Of a DNA stretch of 64,000 nt, positions 7,496 through 17,500 are shown piece after piece. The position numbers and the translations under genes are program-made. Where the stretch lies: contig CBDBFB010000002.1 in assembly GCA_965204505.1 (NCBI GenBank), positions 2,370,778-2,434,777 on the forward strand, in the 5' to 3' direction. The stretch is from an uncultured Candidatus Binatia bacterium (GTDB taxonomy: Bacteria > Desulfobacterota > Binatia > UBA9968 > JAJDTQ01). Under the pieces are notes generated by a model, which was not told the origin of the DNA, ran no database searches, and saw nothing but the letters and a program-made list of their open reading frames with translations. Positions within the stretch are counted from its first letter, which is position 1, and every line of letters starts with the position of its first letter.

Positions 7496-9494
7496 ATGAG
7501 GTGCGCCCGGCGGGAGGCCGGCCCGCCTGACCCGGCCGCCGCCCCTCGAGGGCGCGCACACAAGCTCCTCTCCCCTTCATCCGGACTGACCGGCGGCCGC
7601 CTGGCCGCTCCGGCGGGCTCGCGCCGGGCCGCGTCTCCGTGGCGCCGCCCCGCCCTCCTTCCCGTCCTCGCGCTGGTGCTCGGCGCGCTCGGCCTGTTCG
7701 CGGCTGCGCCCGCCGCGGCGCAGTCCACCATCTGGTCCGCGACGCTGACAGTAGATCAGGACGGCGTGTTATTCGGCTGCGACACCTTCATAGCTGGCCA
7801 CGACAGCTGCACCGTGGGGCTCACGGACGAGGACTTCGTGTACAAGGGTGTGACCTATCGAGTCAATCGGCTATTTGTGAGCTCTACCACTGGGCGGCTG
7901 ACGCTTGAGGTCGACCCGGATGCAGGGTCGAATCTTGCTGGGATGACGTTGCATCTCGGCACTGCGCAGCTAACCGTTGGTGATGATGTCAGAGTATCAT
8001 TCGGCAGAGCTTTAAGCTGGGCCAATTCCGGCGTGACCTGGACCGACAACCAGCAAGTCGCGGTGAGGCTGGTGGCGCCCCCGCCCTCGCTGGGCCGCGC
8101 CGGCAGCATGTCCGTCGACGGGTTCCACCCGATGGGACCCGGACGCATGAAGATCGCCGAGGGCACATCGATCACCTACGGCATCGTGATCCACCAGCCG
8201 CCGACCGCGGATCTGACCATCACGCCGCGACACCACAACGTCCGACCGGACGGCAGCGACTACCCCAACGTCGACAACAGCCTGCTCACGATCCACAACG
8301 CGGTCACCTGGAAAGCCGCCCCGCACCCCAACTACCTGAGCGGGGACTGGCAGCAGGCCAAATCGGTCGGGCTCACCGCGGTGGACGACAACGAGTGCAA
8401 GTCTCCGCCCGGCACCCGGTACTGGATCAGGCACCACGGCAGCGGCGGCGGTCCCGACTGGGGCGGGTGGGACCGGCAGGACCGGCACCATGGCCTGGTG
8501 ATCTCGATCGAAATCATCGACGACGACTGCAAATATCTGGCCGCTTCCCCGGGCCAGGTGTCGCCGGAGGAGGGCGGCAGCGCGACCTACACCGTCCGCC
8601 TGAAGACGCCGCTCGAGGACGCCGCGTACATTTCCCCGCGCATCAGCGTCCCCGGCGACAGCGACCCCGGCGCGGTCACGGTCTCTCCCGAGCGGATCCG
8701 GGTCGAAGCGGGAGACACGAGCCCGAAGACGTTCACGGTCAGCGCCGGAAGGGACGCGAACTCCCGTAACGAGGTCCTGGTTGTCGACCACAGCGTCGAC
8801 TCGCCGGAGGTCCCGGCGGATTACCTGGGCGGCCGGGTGACCGTCATTGTCCAGGACGAACAGAACGCGGCGAGGACGCACGAGCGCGACGCGCTGAGCG
8901 TGACCGGTCTTGCGCTCACGGCCGGTTCGGAGGCGGTGGCGCTGGTTCCGGCCTTCTCGCCGGGGGTGAAGTCCTACCGGGCGGAGGTCCCGGCGGGGAC
9001 GGCGGGCGTGACGCTGGCGCCGCACTGGAGCGGCGGGGCGAGCGTGCACGCGGGCTCGCGCCGGGGCGGGACGACCTTCACGCGCCCGGCGCGGGTGCGG
9101 CCCTCGGGCACGGCGGTCGCGCTGGCGCTGGCGCCGGACGGCGGCGCGACCGAGCTGTGGGTGATGGCGAGCGGCGGTTCGAGCGGCATGACGACCTACC
9201 GCATCGAGGTGACCGAGGCGCAGGCGCAGGCGCCCGAGGAACAGACCCCGCCGGAAGAAGAGGCCCAGACCGTGGCGGTGGCGTTCGGCAAGGTCCCGCC
9301 GGAGCATGACGGGCGGACGGCGTTCGCGCTGGACGTGCAGTCGGGCTCGAAGCCCGCTGCCGACGCGTTCAAGGTGACGGCCGGGAAGGTGACGGGCGTG
9401 GAGCCGCTGGACCCGGTGCTGTGGCGGGTGCGCGTCAAGCCGGAGTCCTGGAAGGACGTGAAGGTTGCGCTCGGCGCGGCGTCGGCGAAGGTCC
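7496..9494 (+). pseudogene. Autotransporter-like adhesin paralogue 1, N-terminal part (signal peptide plus passenger), interrupted by IS66
   Basis: ...RRPALLPVLALVLGALGLFAAAPAAAQS is a signal-peptide-like stretch. The passenger region follows. The ORF ends where IS66 right end gtaagcgttgccgc begins. The C-terminal half continues at 12118 in frame with paralogue 2. Confidence 0.7.
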
Positions 9495-9524
9495 GTAAGC
9501 GTTGCCGCTGGGGCACGTTGACTT

Positions 9525-11135
9525 TCAGCGAGAGTCGGGGGTGAAGGCCCAGGGGAGGAGCTCGTCGATGCGTGAGGCGCGATGCCCCGAGGCGATGGCT
9601 TTGAGGGTAGCCTTGAGGTAGGCGTACGGCTCGACGCCGTTCAGCTTGGCGGTCTCGACCAGCGAGGCGATGCGGCCCCAGGCGGCGGCGCCTTCGTCGT
9701 GGCCGGCGAACAGGGCGTTCTTGCGGTTCAGGGCCAGCGGGCGGATGAGGTTCTCGACGCAGTTGGTGTCCATCTCGACGCGCCCGTCTTCGAGGAACAC
9801 CAGCAGGCCGTCCCAGTGCCGGGCGATGTAGGCCAGCGCCTCGCCCAGGCGGGACTTGGCCGAGAGCCGCGCGCGTTGTTCCGTAAGCCACGCGCCGAAC
9901 TCCTCGACCAGGGGCGCGGTCCGGCTCCGGCGTTCGGCAAGGCGGTGTTCGGCCGAGGCGCCGCGGATCCCGTCCTCGATGGCGTAGAACTCCGCGATCC
10001 GCCGCAGCCCCTCGGCCGCGATCCCGGAGCGGTCGCTGTCGAAGACATCGTGGACCTTCCGCCTGGAATGCCCCCAACAGTACGCCAGGCGCACCTGCCA
10101 GTCCGGGCCCGCAAGCCGGTTGTAGCCGGCATAGCCGTCCACCTGCAGGATGCCCTTGAACCCCTTGAGGAAGGTCTCCGCGTGCTCGCCGCCGCGCCCC
10201 GGGGCGTAGAAGTACACCACCCCGGGCGGGTCCGGGCCGCCCCAGCTTCGGTCGTCGCGGGCCAGCGCCCACAGCCACCCCGTCTTGGTCCTGCCCCGGC
10301 CGGGGTCGAGGACCGGAGCCCGGGTCTCGTCCATGAACAGCTTCCCCGACCCCTTCAGGTGCGAGGCCAGCCGGTCCACCACCGGCTTGAGGTGGAACGC
10401 CGCCGCGCCCACCCACCCGGCCAGCGTCGAGCGGTGCAGATCGACCCCCGAGCGGGCGTAGATCCGGGACTGGCGGTAGAGCGGAGAGTGGTCGGCGTAC
10501 TTCGACACCAGCACGTGGGCGATGGCCCCTTCGGTCGGCAGCGCGCCCTCGATCAGGTGCGCCGGCGCCTCGGCCTGGGTGACCCCTTCCTGGCACACCC
10601 GGCAAGCGTACTTGGGCCGCACCGTGACGATCACCTGGAGTTGCGCCGGCACGATGTCCAGCCGCTCGGTGCGGTCCTCGCCTATGCGGGTCATCTCGCC
10701 GCAGCCGCATGGACACTGCGTGCTCTCGGGCTCGATCACCTCCTCTGACCGGGGCAGATGAGCGGGCAGATGGCCGATGTTGCGCTCGGGAGCCGAACGC
10801 TTCCGGCGAGGCGTCCCCCTGGCCGGCGCCGGCGCGGATTCCTTCGCCTCGGCCACGGCCGCTTCGAGGTCCTCGAACGCCAGTTGCAACTGGTCGGGAT
10901 GGAGCTTCTCGGACTTCTTGCCGTACACCGCCCGGTTGAGCTCCCGCACCAGGTGCTCGAGGCGGCGGTTCACGTCTTCAAGATGATGGTTCAGGTCTTC
11001 GAGATGGTGGTTGCGGTCGGAGAGGGAAGCGTTCTCGGTGCGAAGCGCCTCCATGGCCGCCTGCTGTCCCTCGAACAGCGCCCGCAAGGACGGCGCGAGG
11101 GATGAGAGACCGGCCTTGCCGAGGTTGACCTCCAT
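9525..11135 (-). CDS. tnpC: IS66-family transposase TnpC
   Basis: 536-aa ORF with Zn-finger-like CPCGCGEM..C..C, ...HSPLYRQSRIYARSGVDLHRSTLAGWVG..., DDE-region GWLWALARDD...LQVDGYAGYN... Confidence 0.85.
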   Translation of the reverse strand: MEVNLGKAGLSSLAPSLRALFEGQQAAMEALRTENASLSDRNHHLEDLNHHLEDVNRRLEHLVRELNRAVYGKKSEKLHPDQLQLAFEDLEAAVAEAKESAPAPARGTPRRKRSAPERNIGHLPAHLPRSEEVIEPESTQCPCGCGEMTRIGEDRTERLDIVPAQLQVIVTVRPKYACRVCQEGVTQAEAPAHLIEGALPTEGAIAHVLVSKYADHSPLYRQSRIYARSGVDLHRSTLAGWVGAAAFHLKPVVDRLASHLKGSGKLFMDETRAPVLDPGRGRTKTGWLWALARDDRSWGGPDPPGVVYFYAPGRGGEHAETFLKGFKGILQVDGYAGYNRLAGPDWQVRLAYCWGHSRRKVHDVFDSDRSGIAAEGLRRIAEFYAIEDGIRGASAEHRLAERRSRTAPLVEEFGAWLTEQRARLSAKSRLGEALAYIARHWDGLLVFLEDGRVEMDTNCVENLIRPLALNRKNALFAGHDEGAAAWGRIASLVETAKLNGVEPYAYLKATLKAIASGHRASRIDELLPWAFTPDSR

Positions 11136-11187
11136 GACAAGAATAGTATCACAAAATCAGGCACTTAGCAACAAAAAACGCCTCCGC

Positions 11188-11544
11188 TCACCCCGCCGCC
11201 GTACGCGGCCGCCGCACCCGCGGCGCCCACGCCCGACGCCAGTCCAGCCCTTCGAACAACGCCTCGAACTGCGCCCCCGTAAGCCGCATCACCCCGTCCC
11301 GCACCCCGGGCCACGCAAACCGCCCCTGCTCCAGACGCTTCGACGCCAACACCAGCCCCGTCCCGTCCCACCACAGCACCTTCACCCGGTCCAGCCGCCG
11401 CGGCCGGAACACCACCGCCACCCCGCTGTACGGGTCCAGTCCCAGCTCCTGCTCCACCACCGCCGCCAACCCGTCATGGCCCTTGCGGAAGTCCACAGGC
11501 CTCGTCGCCACCACCACCCGCGTCCCCGACCCCGGAGCTGTCAT
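11188..11544 (-). CDS. tnpB: IS66 accessory protein TnpB (Orf2)
   Basis: 118 aa. VDFRKGHDGLAAVVEQELGLDPYSGVAVVFRPRRLDRVKVLWWDGTGLVLASKRLEQGRFAWP is the conserved IS66 Orf2. ATGA overlap with tnpA. Confidence 0.8.
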   Translation of the reverse strand: MTAPGSGTRVVVATRPVDFRKGHDGLAAVVEQELGLDPYSGVAVVFRPRRLDRVKVLWWDGTGLVLASKRLEQGRFAWPGVRDGVMRLTGAQFEALFEGLDWRRAWAPRVRRPRTAAG

Positions 11545-12032
11545 CGCAGACCCCGCAGCGCCGAGGCTATCTCGGCGATCCGCACCGCGCCGATGGCTCC
11601 CTCAAGCCGTACCGTCACTCCCCGCGCCTCGATCGACACCGAACCCACCGCCGTTGTCTCCTCCACCACCTCCAACTCGGCGAAGGCAGGAACGCTCCCG
11701 GGCGCCGCCACCCCAGCCTTGCCCCCTGCCTGGCTCCGCTCCGCCCCAGCCTCAGCCAGGCTTCCCGCCGCCCCCGAACCCGGCGGCGTCAGCCTGCCCC
11801 GCTGTGCCAGCTTTCGCCATGCGCTCACCTGACTGACCGACAACCCGTGGCGTTGCGCCACTTCCCCCACCTTCACTCCAGGCCAGCAACACTCCCGGAC
11901 CACCTGCGCCTTCTCCTCGTCCGTCCATCTCCGATCCCCAGCCGTCGCCGGCGGCCGGACAACCTCCGTATCCCCGCCCGCCGCCGCCTCCCGGTCCAGC
12001 TCCTCCTCGACACCCCGTTCGACATCATCCAT
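11541..12032 (-). CDS. tnpA: IS66 TnpA (Orf1, HTH protein)
   Basis: MDDVERGVEEELDREAAAGG...RWTDEEKAQVVRECCWPGVKVGEVAQRHGLSVSQVSAWRKLAQRG. The start follows the GGAAGGAGGG SD. The upstream TTG start in the ORF track is not needed. Confidence 0.75.
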   Translation of the reverse strand: MDDVERGVEEELDREAAAGGDTEVVRPPATAGDRRWTDEEKAQVVRECCWPGVKVGEVAQRHGLSVSQVSAWRKLAQRGRLTPPGSGAAGSLAEAGAERSQAGGKAGVAAPGSVPAFAELEVVEETTAVGSVSIEARGVTVRLEGAIGAVRIAEIASALRGLR

Positions 12033-12117
12033 TGCCTTGCCCTCCTTCCTCTGGTTGGAGGGCAAGCCTACCCCCTCATACTCGGGGTTAGGAAGATGGG
12101 GTGTTCGTTACGCTTAC

Positions 12118-13888
12118 GAAGGTCCGGGGTCCGGCGCGCATCCGGGTCGCGGACGCGCGGGCGAAGGAAGGCAAGGACGCCTCGCTGGACTTCGCGGTGA
12201 CGCTGAGCCGCGCGGCGTCGGGGCCGGTGTCGGTGGACTATGCAACCGAGAACGGCACGGCCACGGCGGGCGAGGACTACACGGCCGCGTCGGGCACGCT
12301 CGTCTTCGCGGCGGGCGAGACGGAGAAGACGGTCTCGGTGCCGCTGCTCGACGACGCGCATGACGAGGGCAAGGAGACGTTCACGCTGAAGCTCTCGAAC
12401 CCGCAGGGGGCGTATCTGCGCGCGATGCACCGCGAGGCGAAGGGGGTCATCAGGAACGAGGACACGCTGCAGCGGGACTGGCTGGCGCGCTTCGGTCGCG
12501 CGGCCGCGGCGGACGCGGTGGCGGCGGTGACGGCGCGGCTGGAGACGCCGCGGAGCGCGGGCTCGCACCTGACGGTGGGCGGCCAGCGCCTGTCGCTCGG
12601 GGGCCGGGCGCTGGCGGAGGCGCTGACGGGGTTCGCGCGCCGCTACGGCGCTCAGGCCCCGGCGGACGGCCTGCATGAGCGGCGCGGGCGGCCGGTGACG
12701 GGGCGCGAGCTCTTGATGGGCACTTCGTTCCGCGCGGTGCTTGGCGGCGGGGGCTCCCGGTTCACGGGCTGGGGGTCGGGGGCGTCGGTGTCGCGGTTCA
12801 CGAGCGCGGCGCCGGGGCTTTCGCTGAGCGGCGAGGCGGCCACCGGGGCGGCGGGCATGGACTACGAGCGGGGCCGGCTGCTGACCGGGCTGGCGATGAC
12901 CCACAGCCTGGGCAAGGGCGCGGCGCAGGGCTCGGGCCGGAGCTACGCGATGGGGAGTTCGGTCACGACGGTGCTTCCCTACGCGCGCTTCGAGTTCTCG
13001 GAGCGGGTGTCGGCCTGGAGCTTGGCGGGGACGGGGTCGGGACGGCTGACGCTGGACCTGGACGGCGACGCGGCTGCGCGCCACGGCGCGGACCTGTCGA
13101 TGACGCTTGCGGCGGCCGGGGTGCGGGGCGAGGTGGTGACGCCCGCCGGGGCGGGCGGGTTCTCGCTGGCGCTCAAGGCGGACGCGTACTGGGTGCGCAC
13201 GGAGTCGGAGCGGGTGTCCGTGCCCGGGGTGGGGAACCTGGCGGCGGCGCGCGCGGACGCGAGCCGGCTCCGGGCGGTGCTGGACGGGTCGCGGGCGTTC
13301 ACGCTCGGTGGCGGCGGGACGCTGACGCCATCGGTGGAGCTCGGGGTGCGTCACGACGGGGGCGAGGGGGGCAGCGGCACGGGCATGGAGGTCGGCGCCG
13401 GAGTGGGATGGGCGGACCCGTCGCGGGGCCTTGACGTGGCGGTCCGGGTGCGCGGGCTTGCGGCCCATGCCGGGGAGGGCTACCGGGAATGGGGCGTGTC
13501 GGGGTGGCTGAGGGTCGTGCCGGGGGCGGCGGGACGGGGCCTGTCGATGTCGCTCACGCCGTCCTGGGGCGCGGCCCCGGGGGGCTCGGAGCGGCTGTGG
13601 AGGATGCCGGAGGCTTCGAGGCTGGCTGCAAACGACAATGCGGCTCCATCCGGGCGGCTGGACGCGGAGGTGGGCTACGGCATGGCGGTGTTGGGCGGGC
13701 GCTTCACCGGGACGCCGAACCTCGGGTTCGGGGTGTCGGACACGGCGCGGGAGTACCGCATGGGCTGGCGGCTCGCCTCGGTGGCGTCAGGCTTCGAGCT
13801 CAGTCTCGACGCCACGCGCCGGGAGACGGCCGACGGTGGCGGGCCGCCCGAGCACGGGGTGATGCTGGGCGGAACCGTTCGCTGGTAG
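12118..13888 (+). pseudogene. Autotransporter-like adhesin paralogue 1, C-terminal part (Calx-beta domain plus beta-barrel translocator)
   Basis: VDYATENGTATAGEDYTAASGTLVFAAGETEKTVSVPLLDDAHDEGKETFTLKLSNPQGA is a Calx-beta domain. The Gly/Ala-rich C-terminal 450 aa end ...GVMLGGTVRW (terminal aromatic), which is consistent with an autotransporter barrel. Near-identical to 16975-18735. Confidence 0.7.
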
Positions 13889-14295
13889 GAGCGCAGCGGC
13901 TCCGCCCGGCCCCGTCGCGGACCGCGCGCACGGCGCGCCGCATCAGCCGGCGGCGCTGTTCCGTGGAATGTCTTGCGGGGGCGGCGACACCCGTCAATGC
14001 GCCTGTAAACAAAGGGCCTGTAAACAAAGGAATTGAGCCATGTCCCGCTGATCCCGGGGCGCCCGCGGGCGCCCGCCACTCGCCTCATCGCCGTGCCGCC
14101 TTCTTTGTCAAGGTGGTTTTTCGCACCGTTTACCCCTTTTTTCGCTTCGGGCACGAAAGTAACACTTAAATAGATAATTGGGGCACACTGATGGCACACA
14201 AAATATGGATGGATATGGTATGGGGATTTTGACTTTGGGATTGTCACAAACGCGCGGGACTGCGCTCCGGCGCGCCCGCCGGCGGCGGACAAAGA

Positions 14296-14311
14296 CGGGA
14301 GGTTCGAAATG
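14296..14311 (+). promoter_or_regulatory. SD GGGAGG plus leader ATG (copy 2)
   Basis: Identical to 7369-7383. Leader ORF 14309-14515 (68 aa) reads (PAAQRPSG)n and stops 4 nt into the adhesin ATG region, out of frame. Confidence 0.5.
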
Positions 14312-14342
14312 CCCTTGACATTTACGGCACTGTCTCATAATC

Positions 14343-14502
14343 GCCCAGCGGCCCAGCGGCCCAGCGGCCCAGCGGCCCAGCGGCCCAGCGGCCCAGCGGC
14401 CCAGCGGCCCAGCGGCCCAGCGGCCCAGCGGCCCAGCGGCCCAGCGGCCCAGCGGCCCAGCGGCCCAGCGGCCCAGCGGCCCAGCGGCCCAGCGGCCCAG
14501 CG
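14343..14502. repeat. Octanucleotide microsatellite (GCCCAGCG)x20
   Basis: Counted directly: twenty perfect units, then ggcagcgacATG (14512). Confidence 0.95.
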
Positions 14503-14511
14503 GGCAGCGAC

Positions 14512-17500
14512 ATGAGGTGCGCCCGGCGGGAGGCCGGCCCGCCTGACCCGGCCGCCGCCCCTCGAGGGCGCGCACACAAGCTCCTCTCCCCTTCATCCGG
14601 ACTGACCGGCGGCCGCCTGGCCGCTCCGGCGGTCTCGCGCCGGGCCTTGTCCCCGTGGCGCCGCCCCGCCCGCCTCCCCGTCCTCGCGCTGCTGCTCGGC
14701 GCGCTCGGCCTGTTCGCGGCCGCGCCCGCCCAGGCGCAGTCCCAGATCTGGTCGGCGACGCTGACAGTCGGTGATATCGATGACGACGGGGCGTATCTCG
14801 GCTGCGATAACTCTGGCTGCCCCTCGGCGCTCACGGACGATGAACTCGAGCACAACGGTGAGAAATATACCGTCGAAAACCTTTATTACAACAATGGTAG
14901 GGTATCGTTGAAGTTGGGCGGGATACAACCGAGCGCGACGTCACCGGCCCCGACCCCAGGGTCGAAGTTTGACGGGATGGTGTTGCATCTCGGCACTGTG
15001 CGGCTACCCGTTGGTGGAGTTGTTAGATTTAGCGATACCGGTTGGCACAACTGGTATGTCGACCCGCAATGGACCGACGGCCAGCGGGTCGCGGTGAAGC
15101 TGGAGATTCCGGCGAAGTCGCCGTGGTTGTGGCCGGACGGGACCCGGCATCACGACAAGAACCAGATCTGGTCCACCACGATGGCGGCGAAGGCCCTCGA
15201 GCCGACGCGATGGGGCACGGACTCGTCCGGCTGCAGGACCGGTGTGTCGGGGGGCACTTGCCCCCTCGCGATGGGCGCCAACAGGTTCACTTACGCGGGC
15301 AATACCTACACCATCAGCGATTTCTATCACCGCAACGGCACTCTGTTCGCGGGCTTGAGCTCGGGCAGCGCCGCCGCGATCACCGCTGCAAGGTCGCTGA
15401 TGCTGATCGTCAAGTATCCCGCTGGCGCCGAAAGGCGGTTCCCCCTGAGGAATCTGACCGCCAGCGGTTCTTCGGCCACCGCCTCCTGGCCCGTCGACGA
15501 CATGCGCTGGGGCTCCTACGGTCATCCACACCCCACCGACCCACAACGAAATCCCGCCGTGTGGGCGGCCAACTTCGCGGTGACTCTGGCCGTGGTCGAG
15601 GTGCCGGAGCCTGTGACCGTGACCGTGACGAGTCCGGCGCCGCGCACCCACACGGTGACCGTGTCGGTGCCCACGGCGGTCGCCGCGGAGACCATCATAT
15701 CCCTGGGCACGTACGGCAGGGTCGGCCACCGTGTGTGGACGGACGTGAGGGATCCCGACCTGGTAAGCCATTGCGATCCGATGGATGCGTGGGACCCGGT
15801 CTTCCTGAATTCCGATCGCAAGTATCCGTTCGCCTACATCCAGGCGGGGCAGCGGAGCACCACGTTCAACCTTTGCCTTCTCGGAGTCCCGAAGGACGTG
15901 GAGAACCAGGTGCTGTCAAACCAGGTCACCGTGTACCTGCCGCGGGGGAGGTCGTCGGTGATTTACGACATCAACGTCGGCAGCGCCTACGGCGGCGGGT
16001 CCGGGACCGCGGAATTCGAGGGCGGCGAGGGGCCGGGCTCCGGCGGGGAGGAGGAACGCGACCCGCTGACGGCGGTCTTCGAGGAGGTGCCGGAAGAGCA
16101 TGACGGCACGGAGTTCGCGTTCCTGGTGCGTCTGAGCGAGACGGTGGGGAGTTTCAGCCGGTCGCCGCGCTTGTGGTCGTTCGCGGTGACGCAGGGCCGG
16201 GTGACGGGCGTGGAGCAGATCGGCGCCGGGCTGTGGCGGGTCACGGTGCGGCCGGCGTCGCCGAGCGACGTGACGGTGACGCTTGCGGGCGGGCGGGACT
16301 GCGACGACGAGCCGTCGGGCGCGGTGTGCACGCCGGACGGGCGGGCGCTGTCGAACACGTCGAGTGCGAGGGTCGCGGCGGGTCCGCAGCAGCAGCAGGA
16401 GGTGTTGGTCACGCCGGAGCCGGCCGACGTGCGGGTGGTGCCGGGCGACGGCAGCCTGACGGTGAGCTGGACGGCGGTGGCGCACCCGCGCGTCGCTGCG
16501 GAGCGGGTGCAGCACGCGCTGCGCTGGAGCCAGGAGGCGGGCGTGTGGGCCAACCCGTCGGGCAACAACGGCATCGCGGTGGAGGCCGGCGTGAACGGCT
16601 ACACCATCACCGGGCTGAGGAACGGCGTGGCGACCGGGGTGTTCGTGCGCGCCTTCGTGGGCCGGCTCCGGTCGGAGCGCAGCGAGCACTCGAGCGGGTG
16701 GGTCCGTGTGAAGGGCGAGTCGACGACGCCGCGGGCGGCAACCCAGACCGTGGCGGTAGAGTTCGGCAAGGTCCCGGCGGAGCATGACGGGCAGACGGCG
16801 TTCGCGCTGGACGTGCAGTCGGGCTCGAAGCCCGCCCCGGAGGCGTTCAAGGTGACGGCCGGGAAGGTGACGGGCGTGGAGTCGCTGGACCCGGTGCTGT
16901 GGCGGGTGCGCGTCAAGCCGGAGTCCTGGAAGGACGTGAAGATAGCGCTCGGCGCGGCGTCGGCGAAGGTCCGGGGTCCGGCGCGCATCCGGGTCGCGGC
17001 CGCGCGGGCGAAGGAGGGCAAGGACGCCTCGCTGGACTTCGCGGTGACGCTGAGCCGCGCGGCGTCGGGGCCGGTGTCTGTGGACTATGCAACCGAGAAC
17101 GGCACGGCCACGGCGGGCGAGGACTACACGGCCGCGTCGGGCACGCTCGTCTTCGCGGCGGGCGAGACGGAGAAGACGGTCTCGGTGCCGCTGCTCGACG
17201 ACGCGCATGACGAGGGCAAGGAGACGTTCACGCTGAAGCTCTCGAACCCGCAGGGGGCGTATCTGCGCGCGATGCACCGCGAGGCGAAGGGGGTCATCAG
17301 GAACGAGGACCCGCTGCAGCGGGACTGGCTGGCGCGCTTCGGTCGCGCGGCCGCGGCGGACGCGGTGGCGGCGGTGACGGCGCGGCTGGAGACGCCGCGG
17401 AGCGCGGGCTCGCACCTGACGGTGGGCGGCCAGCGCCTGTCGCTCGGGGGCCGGGCGCTGGCGGAGGCGCTGACGGGGTTCGCGCGCCGCTACGGCGCTC

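Larger units (their letters stand above)
9495..12117 (-). mobile_element. Complete IS66-family insertion sequence (2.62 kb; tnpA-tnpB-tnpC) with 8-bp target-site duplication GAAGGTCC
   Basis: Ends are gtaagcg... (9495) and ...cgcttac (12117). GAAGGTCC occurs at 9487-9494 and 12118-12125. Removing the element restores gtcggcgaaggtcc|ggggtccggcgcg exactly as in paralogue 2 (16960-16990). Confidence 0.85.
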
